64,000 nucleotides of DNA from Seison nebaliae (taxonomy: Eukaryota), in the NCBI GenBank assembly GCA_023231475.1, contig JALJEE010002349.1, positions 1 to 64,000 on the forward strand, written 5' to 3'. Position 1 is the stretch's first letter, and each line of letters opens with the position of its first letter. This document shows, one piece after another, positions 38,956 through 54,045 of this stretch. The notes beneath the pieces are model-generated. The model searched no databases and was not told where the DNA came from. It was given only the letters and a program-made list of their open reading frames with translations. The translations under genes were made by a program, and so were the position numbers.

Positions 38956-40200
38956 ATGCCGTATGAACATTCACGACATCTTACCTCGGACGAATTCATC
39001 GACCAGGTCTTCAGTTCAATTTCTGCTGAAGATGACAATAATAATGAGAATAAGAAATTATCGAAACGATATGAGGAGAATAATTACTCACAAGGAGAAT
39101 ATGTGTCAATTATACAGAATCGTTACAGTAAATATTATAGTCGGGATTATTATAAATATCAATCCTATAGTTGTTGCAGTTGTACAAGTTGTCGGACATG
39201 TTGTTATCAATTCATTCATTCATCAATCGATAGTAAACGATTATCGAAAGTTTATTATACAGTATTGAAAGTATATTCGTTGCAGAAGTGGACGAATATC
39301 GTTCTCTACATCTATTTCATTATTGCGGTGGGTCATATAATTTTAGGTTTATATATCGATCAATGTCCAGCCGAACCCAATTTACCTTTTTACCATTTAG
39401 TCGAAGGTTTCATTCAATTCATTCTACTCGTCCGCATTTATGAGAGGAAGAAAGAATTAAGTTCGCTCAATAACAAATCGGAAATACAAGAAAATAAAGA
39501 TAATCGAATACAACCTTTGACGAATATGAGAATGAATATGAGAGAGAAAGTTGATACGATAAAAAATATTAGCAAACAATATTTGACAGCCACCAAACAG
39601 TTCAAATCATATTCCAGAGGCAACCGTCCACCATACGAACAATTAATCGAGTCAGCAATTCATCTACCCGAACATAATTTCGAAAAAATCTGTCAACATT
39701 GTCTTCGACGACGATATTTGATAAAATTTGGGAAGATATTGGAGACGGCGGCGACTAAACAGAAAGTGAATTTTAATGGGAATAAATTATTAATCAATAA
39801 GAGATCGAAGAAGAAGGATTTGGTTGATCAATACAAGCGAAAGAAACGGACAGTAAAAGTGAAAGTGAGAGGATTAATTTTTGTGGATTCGATAATATTA
39901 ATCTTAAAATTGGCTTGGTTCATTTATGGGAACATTTTATTTTGGAAGTTGTTCATGCAATCAAATTTAGAAGAAAGAATGACAATTGAAACGCCGACAC
40001 ATTGGTGTTCACCTGCCTTCATCAATTCGACGCTTTTTCATATGGTTTTCGTTTATTTCAATATCGTCGCTTGGATACTTGTCATCAGTTTAACATCATG
40101 TTACGTTCGACAAAAAATTCTGAAATACAGAAAAGAACAAAATATTTTTTTTGACACATTAGATATCGATACGGAATCAGATGACGCATTTACCGATTAG
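38956..40200 (+). CDS. TMEM272-like four-TM membrane protein, intronless
   Basis: Four hydrophobic segments with family-like motifs LGLYIDQCPAEPNLPFYHLVEG, LAWFIYGN and HWC, plus a long basic loop between TM2 and TM3. Confidence 0.7.
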   Translation: MPYEHSRHLTSDEFIDQVFSSISAEDDNNNENKKLSKRYEENNYSQGEYVSIIQNRYSKYYSRDYYKYQSYSCCSCTSCRTCCYQFIHSSIDSKRLSKVYYTVLKVYSLQKWTNIVLYIYFIIAVGHIILGLYIDQCPAEPNLPFYHLVEGFIQFILLVRIYERKKELSSLNNKSEIQENKDNRIQPLTNMRMNMREKVDTIKNISKQYLTATKQFKSYSRGNRPPYEQLIESAIHLPEHNFEKICQHCLRRRYLIKFGKILETAATKQKVNFNGNKLLINKRSKKKDLVDQYKRKKRTVKVKVRGLIFVDSIILILKLAWFIYGNILFWKLFMQSNLEERMTIETPTHWCSPAFINSTLFHMVFVYFNIVAWILVISLTSCYVRQKILKYRKEQNIFFDTLDIDTESDDAFTD

Positions 40201-43200
40201 AACTATCAATTTTGTATTGGATAGGCGAACTAATAACATGTAGTGAAAACGTGTCATGGATGATTTTTTCCTATCATTTAATGGATTAACTTTTACAAGT
40301 AATCAATATGAGATTGGAAGATTACTCGGTAGAATTGTACGATAATATTCATGGTATGAATGAAACGAATAAGAACTTTACGAAAATTTCAAGAAAGTTT
40401 ATCGTCCGAAATTTCACCCCGAAAATGTTTCGGGCGGATCAGTGAATATTATTCGGATTTTTTTCTCACGAATCTCGTCGTTTCTCCATCGATCGAAGAT
40501 GATGAATTTATATGAATTCTTTTTAATTTTTATTTTCGTAATATTGATTTTTATATAATAAACATTTTTCATATTAATTTTTTTTCCCGTCATCAAATTC
40601 TTCAATAGAGAATCGACGGGATGTTTAGTGGAGTTTAATAGTGGAATAAATCGAATAATAGGAAGAAAGTCAATTGGAGATTTATGTTTTGGTTGTTCAG
40701 CAAATATACATGCTTATTATAGTCGGAATGAGTGATGGTAATCGATGAGAAATCGAATAAATAAAGAAGAATTGATCAATAATTGTTGTTTGGGAACTGA
40801 CTGAATGAGATATGAGTTGATGGAAATGATAATAGAAAGATTATAATAATATTAGTTAATCGATAATAAGTCGTAACAAGAGAACAATATCGATGTATGA
40901 CGTCAGATATTTGTTTAAGTTCATATGAAAATCAGAAATATTTTCATGAATAAATAATTTTTAATAGACGAATTTAATAAGAAAGATTCCTATGTTTAGA
41001 AATATGTTTAATTCATTTCCAACTTGAGAGAGTTACATGAGAGAGATTAAATCGTTATTCTTTCTTCTATTCCACTTGAATTATGATTCCATATATTATA
41101 TTGTGGTCATCCATTCAAAGATCAATAATAATAATACGCAACGAAACATCATCATAATCGGTAGAATAATCGGAATTGACAGAAGATGTAAATCGAACAA
41201 ACGGATTCTGCGAGAAAAACTATGAGAATTTTTCTCAAGCCGAACACGTTTCATTTCTAATAATGATCGTCCATCTTTCTGAAACTTTTGAAAGCCAAAA
41301 AATGAGAACGTTCAATTTCCGTTAAGATGTTTCTTTAATTTCCTTTTATTTCCATCCTCTTCTTTTATCAATTTCATCTTTCTAACTTTCATCTCTAACA
41401 CTATTCTCTAAATACATGTCTCTTCAACTTCATGAGATATGTCCGTATCAGAATTTCATCCTTTCTCAATTCAACGTGAGAAAAAAGTCATTAAAAACAA
41501 CTTGTAATTATTCGTGAAGATGTTCCATTTTGAAATAATATTCGTCTTCCTTCCCTTCCTTCTTCCTTCACTTACTAATTTCCCTTCATAAGCGTGTCCT
41601 AATTTGTCAAGCAACTTCATCATATCGATTTTTCTTGAAGAAAATGAAAACTATTTTAGTTGAGTGGTGAAGTGGTATTAATAATTTTCATTCGTTATTT
41701 TTCTTCATATCTTCGCCTACTTTCCTCCCAGTCACCTTTGCGAGGGGAAAGATATGTTTCGAAAAAGGTTTCATTTCACTCAATTCACTTTTCTCGCTCA
41801 TCATGTTATAGAGATCAATTCAATTATCTTAACTTGTATGATTGATGAGAGTAAATAACAGAATATCAATATAATTCCTTTCATCACATATTCCTCATAT
41901 TATATGGCACCTCGACAACATCTAGACTGGGATCATATTAATAAGATGTAATTGAAACTGTACGAACGTTCATAAAGCAGAACATCGTGTTGAATGAGGT
42001 TAAGATGATAGTATTGAATTTCGACGGACAGTTCTTGGAGAAAGTATTTATTTCGTTTGGAGGTCATCCACGAAGAAGAAAAATGTTCGAGGTTAATCTA
42101 CATTCTATTGAGGACTCGGGTGGAAATGAGTGGTGCATATCATTTCTATTTATCGTATGGAAGAAAGAAGAATCGAATCCACAATTCCATTTATTATTCT
42201 CCATAAAAGAACGGAATAAATGCTTCCATCCTCCAATAACATGTTCAAATAGACAATTATATTATAAACCTCAAATGGAACTCTTCAGGTCAATAATTTC
42301 CCTTCAATCTCCGTCGAAAGTACAACATCCGTTAAGTATCAGAAGTTCGAGTTTATTTGGAACACGATCGAATTCGTTTCTTATTAAAAAATGGATTTAT
42401 TTTCCCTTAACAATATCCTTGCTTACTACTATGTACTATTCTTCCCTAAACATTCTATCAATAATAGGAAATACGTATCGGATATCCGTCCGACACTTGG
42501 TCGAAGAACATCATTGGAATAACTGACCATTATCAGAGTAAACTATTCAAACATGTAATTGAGGAGATCTACTCATCTATTTAGAACAGATAAGGAAAAC
42601 AATAAGAAGAAAAAGATGATTAGAAGCAAATCCTTTCAATGTTCTCAATCGAAGAACTTATTCGAAGTATTCGGATGGAAACGTTCGCACGAGTACATTC
42701 CTGAAAGAAATGAAACTAATCGATTTATTCATTTTTTAGAAGTCTTATGTTTTGTTTCTCGTTTCGTTTCAACTCTCCAATAATCTCACCGCCAATCTCC
42801 TACAAGAACAAATATTACAGAACAACAACAACAATCTGTTTGTAATTCGTTCAAAATTTTCATCGTCGTCGTCATCAATCCTCTCATCAATTTCCATATG
42901 AAGAAGAAAGAAATCATGATAAATTTAAAATTCACTATTCTTCTTCATTCCCGTCGATGGGAATGGAAGAGAGATATCGATGATGAAATAGAGATTCCTT
43001 TCAGTTTTTTTTCTTTTGTCATGAAAAATTAACTTCTTTCTCTTGAATAGAAAACGTCATAGTTTAAGTTGAAGTTGAAGTATCGATCTAATGCTAATAT
43101 GATGTCATATTTCTCTTCGTCTTCGTATTCATTTAGGTCAAAATGGTTGACGCAATTTCTCAGATTCGACGAGAAACCATTTGTACGATATATATGAAGA

Positions 43201-44607
43201 GAAGATGAATTGCATCAAATACCTCGTCTCATCAGACGAGAATATATCGAAGTGTTTTCTATTTATAAATTTATTCATCATTCTTATAATCCGACATCAT
43301 CTTAGAAACTGAATGAGAGATAGTGAATAATCCGATTTCCACAATATGATTTCTTTCAGAAATATGTAAGTGTCAAAATCAGTTTGGAAAGGACCTAGAT
43401 CTTATTATCAGTTACTTGTAGGCTGAATAGAAAAGATTATCAGAGGAGAAGGTTGCAATTAAACTTTCTGTTTTCATTCATCAGATTTGTCATTGTGGTG
43501 ATATAGTGGAACTGGGTTAAATTAATCAGAACTTGTTGTCTATGAGAAGATAGAAAAGAAGGAGAGCATTATTCACCACGTCCAATTGTCCTTTAATCCC
43601 TAATTGTTTCGTTATTATTGATAACTTCACCATCCATCCACACATGGATAATTTGGATGAAACAAGAAAATGTTATTTTCTACAAATCACATTATTCTTC
43701 TCCCCCAACAACCATAATCATACAATCGAAATCGATGAATGATATTCTTTCTCCATCCATTCCATTCCGGCACATGTTCCAACGACACTCACTTAATGGA
43801 AATTCCTGTTTTGAACAATTCCAGCAGCAACGATTATCCTGCTGAAATGGAATGAAAGAGATAAATGAGAGATAAATATCAATTTATAGTTCAAGTAAAA
43901 TAACTTAATTGATAAATCTTTTGTATTCGACGTGGAATAATTTCAAATAATATAGGAACAATATGTCATAATGGAAAATGTGGACAAAGTATAATCATAT
44001 CGGAACATTTTCCTTAACGATTCTGTCATTCCTTCCAATATTTATCGTGTTCTCTCAAAACTTTATTAGGAATCATGTCATCGATACTTTTGTATCGAGG
44101 CAGAGATTCGTGAGATTCGTTCTTTTCGATTCTTTTTATCTTTTCTTCTTTTTCCAAACGGAACTATCCAGCTGAAGAGAAATATTAAAGTTTTTGACCA
44201 ATGGTCACGCACGTTTTGACTTTCTCCATGATTTAATTATGCTATTCCATTCTTTCTATGGGATGTGGATGGAATCAATTCTCTATCTTTCTTGTCTTCC
44301 GAAACAAAACGACGATGATTCAATCATCCCACAACAAATATTCAGTCACGATCATTTAAAAAAATGGAACATTTTACATATTTTGACTTTAACTACTCAA
44401 AGAACGTCGATATCAGGTCACTCTATGTCCACTCGCCTAATTGCTTTCAGTTCCTATTTAATGCCACAGGAATTATGTCTCAATCAATCTTATTCATTCC
44501 AACATTTTCCATTTTCTTTCTCCATTTTTGAATTGTTTCATCTCAGATCTTTTTTTCATCCCAAACAAATTTACAATTTAGAAATATCCAGTTTCCCCTC
44601 ACCAGAT

Positions 44608-47624
<3,017 letters not shown>

Positions 47625-48027
47625 AGAAACGATCGTCCTGCCTACTCGAAATATCGGGAAAGATATCACAATATATTATCACACATACACACACAAATGT
47701 TAACGAAAATAGTCAAACCAGAAGAATTTTGTTCAAATAATTTTTATTAAACATATTTCCAAATTGAGCTCGTTGTCAAATTTGTGAGAATTACATAGAT
47801 ATTGTGAATTATCAAATTGTCCGTAATGTAAATATTTGATTTGTCTACTTCATTCTTCAAATTCTTTTTCATTCATACAAATAATTATTCTTTCATTCGT
47901 TTATTATTCTCATCAATCTTTTCTACTCCTTTTCTTTTTCCTTTTCCTTTTCCATTTGGTTTCAGTTCAATCCCATGTGGCTCATTTATGTTATGAATCA
48001 TCGAATAATTGAGTCATCTCTTCTTAT

Positions 48028-49384
48028 TTACAATAAATTGTTCTTGTATTTAACATGTTGTTGGAAGATCCAGCCCACGTATTGAGCCACGTTCATATTA
48101 ATCGAATAACCGTTACAATTCTCATGACCAAAACTAACGATACCTAATTGTAAACTAGCGTTATTCGTATGAATAAACAAGGCCGATCCACTATCACCCG
48201 AACACGTGTCTCTCTTATCCAACCAATTATTATAGGAAGTACAAAAGGTTTTCCTGTTATCCTCTCTCAATTGTGGAACGCACAAATGAGATGGTAAAAT
48301 GTATAAAATCGTTTGACGTAGATCATTTCCATAATTTACGAATTTATCATCTGAAAAATTATTTGAAATTTAAACATATTTTTCAAATTTTTCAAATAAG
48401 TCCCAACTTGTCACACCGTAACCATTAACGATAATTTCGTCGTTATAATGAGATGTAAGATCGAAAATTTTCTCATCAAAATTTAAACAGATTAATTGAA
48501 TGATTGTCAAATTAAACGGTTGTCGAACGGAAACGAGAGCAATATCATCTTTGACGATTTGATTCCGATTCTTATTGTGATAATGTTGATAAATGAATGA
48601 TTGACGTTTATAATCATACAACTGATTTTCATGATAATCACGATGCTGAAATCATAAGAATTCGATATTTGAAAAATATTTAAAAACATTAACAATTATT
48701 ACTGATTCGATTCGTTGCATTTCTTCGTACAATTGGAAATTGATGGCGGAAACATAAACTTCACCCTTAATCGTTTTCGCTTCATCAAAACAGTGAGCTG
48801 CTGTTAAGATCATCGTTGGTGTAATGAGACTACCACCACAAATGGTGTTGTTGATATTGAGCAAAACTTCCCATCCATTGGCATTTGTTGACCAACCACC
48901 AACAATGCGTTTCCTCCTAATTCGTCTTCTTCTCCTTCGTCCACATCCTAAACAATTTTCAAAAAAAATTCAAATAAAATATGAAACTGTATTCGCAATT
49001 CAATCCAGTATATCCGGAGTAACATCTGCACATGATTAATTGATTGTTGATCATAGTCAAATAACCATTAGGAGAACAATTTAAATTATTCAATAATTCT
49101 TCAGGACAAAAGGAAAAAAATGTGAATAAATAAAAATTCGAAAATAAAATGTCACTTGTTTCACAACGAACACCGGTGGTGTGAATTGGACAAATACATT
49201 TGGTTTGTAGTAAATTCTCTTGACAATGACCTCCATTCTCACACAAATTCCTTGTGCAATTATAAGTCAATCGAACTGTGATTAGAATAGTAATTGATAT
49301 AATCACAACGAACGGAATTGAGCAGACTATATAACGACAGATTGGTATGGAATTCTCACTCTTATCATTCCAATTAACAATCAT
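48028..49384 (-). CDS. Type II transmembrane trypsin-like serine protease with 2 EGF-like domains, 5 exons
   Basis: N-terminal signal anchor IVCSIPFVVIISITILITV; EGF CENGGHC..CICPIHTTGVRC; activation site RRKR/IVGG; catalytic triad in TAAHC, DDIAL and RDTCSGDSGS (S1 Asp present). Confidence 0.88.
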
Positions 49385-49837
49385 TGAGTATTATTCTCTA
49401 TCAACACTCTCCTTGGGAGAATGATGTATTTTGTTTCATGTAATAAAAACTAAATAATTTGATCCGTAATTTACAAATGGATTTGTTGATTATTTAACAA
49501 ATAGACGATATAAATCGACGTGATTAACAAATGCATTATTTCGCTGCTTTCCTGCGTCGTGCCAATAGCGAACGAATTGTAAATTATATTGATTAGGTCG
49601 ATATCGTCTTATTTCTTCAAGTCAACATAAATAATTTTATGTAATTTATTTTTAATCAAATTAACTAATCAACTGATAAAAGAAAAAGGGGAGTAGTGGT
49701 ATATTAAAATAGTTTTTTTTATTCAATTTAGAAAGAAAATGGAACGAAACAATTTTCTCCTTTCATTCGATGAATGAAAGAAAATAATTTTTGATGTGGA
49801 AATTATAAACGAATAAGAGAAAATTAGAATAATTCCT

Positions 49838-50454
49838 TCAATTATTAATTTCATAATGACATCGTACAGTCATTTTCCCTTGTACTATAAAATCGGATGC
49901 AATTGCCAGTGCACTACAAAATTGTGCATATGACCTTTCATTTATTGAGTGACATCATTGAATGAACATTAAGAATGATTGTTGGAAAGGAAAGGTAAAC
50001 CTTTGGAATAAAGAAAATGTGCATATCGAATCTTCTCCGATATTTACATTTGATGGCAATACAATTGATCCACCTGTCTGCCAAAACAAAATAAAATTAC
50101 CAAATTACATTTTTTTCATAATGGCGACACATGTGAATGGAATGGAATACATGTGGAATAATGATAAGAAAACGAATTTTATTTATTCATCAGTTCATTC
50201 AAATACCAATAATAACTTCTCCATAAATTCCGTATATGATTCGACGCATATTTGCCATGACATCATTCTTCGTCAATAGATACTTGTCATTCCATTCAGT
50301 GGATTTGCTTAAGAATAAAAATAAATTTGCTTTCAGTACAATACTTTCTTCGAAATACAAATACCAACATTTTCACTTGAACTTCTACGTCTCCATTCTC
50401 ATCCACTTTCCCTTCTTGTCTTCTTCCCGACATTTGGAGTGGAACGATTTTTTC
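49838..50454 (-). CDS. Putative small multi-exon gene of unknown function (absent from the ORF track)
   Basis: Phase-compatible exons ..NLFLFLSKSTEWNDKYLLTKNDVMANMRRIIYGIYGE|gtt..cag|TGGSIVLPSNVNIGEDSICTFSLFQR|gtt..aag|SYAQFCSALAIASDFIVQGKMTVRCHYEINN*. The 5' end is unresolved. Confidence 0.35.
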
Positions 50455-51324
50455 TAAAACTACTCAACTTTTCCAAAAGTTAATAAGCTCTAAATCTAAC
50501 ACATATTCATCTTCATTATATACCATATTCTTCATTTATTAAAAACACCGAAAACCTGAACATTCAAATAAGAATGTTATTAACAAATTAATTTTTGTAA
50601 AAATATCGTAATTTTTCTTCACACAAAACTCACAGATCGTTAACTTTTGTTCATTTCCTGTACCATTATTCGAATTACTAATTTTATCTTGTTAAATTTC
50701 GAGGTGCGCATCCTTAATGAAGGGAATGGTCAATAACATTAATAATAATAATAATAGTAACGATGAAACTAGTAATTTTGAGAATATTTTACGAAAAATG
50801 TTTATCTCTTTTTTATGTAATAAAATTATATATTATTACATATTTATCCCAAACTATATTTCGCATATGTATTTCTATGTATTCCATTTCCTTTCTAATT
50901 TACTCCGAAGGAATTTGAATTTATAATAAATAAAAAGAATAAATTAAAAATTTTTCATTAAATCATAACAAAATAATGGGAATTTTAAAACTTAAATTAA
51001 TTGATACAATGATAATAAATTATAATTATTAATCCTTCGAAATATTATGGAAGAGTAATGGAAGATAATTTTGAAGTTGAAGAACGATGTACACGAAAAT
51101 ATGCAAACAATTGACAATTTTTTTGGTGAATATTTATATTAGGAACCATTCAATTAATTCAGTTCAATTTGATTATGTCATCATAAGATAAAATGGAAAT
51201 TAAGTCACGTTTTTCAATTAATGTATTTCATGTTAATTGTCATTTGTTGATGAATGAATTGAAAAACATCAATTCCATTAATATGTGGAAGAAAACAAAA
51301 TAAGTATTGGAAAGTGAAAATAGA

Positions 51325-53946
51325 ATGAAGAATTCAACATGTCACGGAATACCGAGATTACTTGATGCAATTTATGGTAATCCAAAAATTAAACGTCGAA
51401 TAACTTTATGGTTATTATCCGTAATATCTGGTTAAGTTCATTTTAAAATATTGATTAATTTAAAAACATTTCATTACTATTAAAGCAACTGGTTTAATGA
51501 TCGTGTTAGTGAAAGAGAACTTAAAAGTTTACATTGCCAGAGATGTGACTTACCAGGAGGAATTGACGAATCATTTGACTTTACCTTATCCATCAATAAC
51601 ATTTTGTAATTCTAACTTTTATAATCGTTCACGATCAATGGACGATGAAGAAAAAGCGAAAATAATTCACGCTTCTTATCTTTCCCGAACATCGTTAACG
51701 GTCGACAACTTCAATGAATTGCATAATACTGATAAACGACAAATATATCTATTCGAATTATTTATGAAATTGATGGAGAAAGATCTGAATGATTTGTATG
51801 AATTGGAATGTCTATCTTCAAATAAATCTGGAATATTAAATGAATTCCATTGTGATGGATTTGAAACTGTTGGCAAAGTGAGTGTATCTTGTGCGTTCTC
51901 TCTCGTTATAGTCATGAGAGTCATCATGGATGACGATCCATATTTGACCACTTTCGGAAACACAATTCTGAAAAACAAATCTCTATGGAGAAGTTACATC
52001 TGTACACAATTTCAAAATGATGAAATACAAAGAGAATATTGTCATGAATCCATCAAGTCCTATAGTTACATCGATTATCAAATGAAAATTTATGTAAAAA
52101 ATTTCAAATATTTCATTAATAACAAATGTTTCGATATGAATGATAAAATTTTAGACAATTATTTCTTTCAACATAATGTGGTCGAATTGAAGAATTGGGA
52201 TTATATCATGGAACTGTTCTCATTTGATCAGGAAACGTCGAAACAAGCCGAACCGAAATTAGCTGAATTGCTAAAGATATTCTATCGGAAAAAGGGTCCG
52301 GATCATCTTTTTGTTAGTAGTACGGAAATGATATTAAGTGAAATTGTATTCCCTACAAATGATACATCGCTTGAAGCGGAATTCGGTAGGGAAATAAGAA
52401 ATCTCGTCAAATTCAATTTCACGAACGAACTCGATCGACAACTAAAATATCATGCAAAAGCATTAGCTCTGTATTATTTCATTCGTTTCAATGAACCTTT
52501 TGTCGTAAATGGTAAATCTTTTTAAAATTAATTTAATTTCAAAATTTCTCTCCAGGACTCGGTGATCCGCAATATTCGAACGATATTAATTACAATATAA
52601 CGGATTTGTTTTGGGATGCTGAGAAAAATAATTTCCTATTAAAATGTCGAATCAATTCATTAATTTGTGAGAAATCAGTTTGTCCATTTTTTATTCAAAA
52701 ATTTTTCAAAAATTTATTTTACGATATGTTCTTATAAAAGTATATCATTTATACGTATACTGGACTGGGGAAGTGCCTTCAATTTAATGGTAGAGGAGAT
52801 GAGGAATTATATCAGAGTATATTCGAAGATGACGAATTGGAATTCGTTTTCGATTTACATTCTTATGAAATCGACGATACTGTACGACATTTTACAGAAA
52901 ATACGGTTTTATACCATTTTTCTAACAGTAATTCCCAAATTAAATAATTCTAATATTAACAGAATGCATTAATTATGGATATTCATGGAAAGAATGAGCT
53001 AAAGTTTATGACCCAAACCGTCTTACCAATCGAGCCTGGGTATAGTACCGAAATTGTCATTACGCCAACACATCAAGACAATAAACAACGTGTTCGATTG
53101 AAATATGGGAAAGATTGTTCGAAGATGAAGAAGAATTGGCCAAAAAGTTTCACGGTTGACAAACTCTTTGAGACATGTAAACGTGAGTGTATGTTGAATA
53201 ATATTACAAGTAAATTCCATTGTCAGCTGGCTTTGGGCCAAATTAGTTCGGGTTATAATTTAAATGTTCAATTTTGGATTGCATTTAATCGGATTGTCAT
53301 TGAATAGATTTGGACTATTGTGAGAATAATCGAACGAAAATATTGGAAGTGAAGACGTTCAGAAATAATTTTGATTATAATTCCTGTAATTGTATCGAAT
53401 CGTGTTTCACCATCTCCACATCGATAGAACTATCGAAATCAGATATTGACCCGTCGCAAATTTTAAGAAAATATCAAACATACATTCTAAAATGTTTATT
53501 CGACAATCGTAATAATCGAACAGTTTAGTACAATTTTTCTGGAAAGTATCTCATGGAATAATTCTGCATTATGTTGAAAAGAAACTGAAAGATTTGAATC
53601 TGAATAAATTAAGTAAAGAATGGGAGGCGGTAGCGAACAAGTATTGTTTGAATCGTGACAATATCAAGTTTAATATTTTATTTGAAATAAATCTCCTTCT
53701 TCTTATGTTAACTTTAGAAATAATATTGTCATGTTGAGAATTCGATTTACAAGAGATACGTTGATGGAAATGAAAAGTATTGAAGTGATGCCCATCATCA
53801 CTTTGGTATCAAACATTGGCGGGGTGATGGGACTCACTTTTGGTATGTCAATAATAACTATAGTGGAAATTATGAGTATTTTATTGAAAACTATTTGGAG
53901 GAAACTGAAAGAGAATGAACATATTTCGAAAGAATTACAAAAATAA
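51325..53946 (+). CDS. DEG/ENaC (amiloride-sensitive sodium channel family) subunit, at least 8 exons; true start may lie upstream
   Basis: N-terminal STCHGIPR (HG motif), TM1, YPSITFCN, GKCLQFN, Cys-rich CKREC..CNCIESC, and TM2 LVSNIGGVMGLTFGMSIITIVE (GxS selectivity filter). Confidence 0.9.
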
Positions 53947-54045
53947 TTTTTGAATTATAATTTCTTTATGAAGTTGTGATCGTCTAAACTAAACGTGGAG
54001 AAATAGTAAAATGAATGGCAGTTGTTTCTTTTTTAAATGTTTTGT

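Noticed and set aside
40201..44190. Scattered short ORFs (e.g. 41987-42526, 42559-42783) in the 4-kb gap before the EGF gene
   Set aside because: No recognisable domains and no consistent splice chain found; likely regulatory, UTR or intron sequence.
44194..44607. N-terminal 138 codons of ORF 44194-45495
   Set aside because: Starts at a non-ATG codon. The signal peptide begins at ATG 44608, directly after an acceptor-like ccag, so the upstream part is probably intron or UTR.
49896..49914. miR-33-like sequence gtgcactggcaattgca on the minus strand
   Set aside because: Seed mismatch, no convincing precursor hairpin, and it overlaps the putative last coding exon of the small hidden gene.
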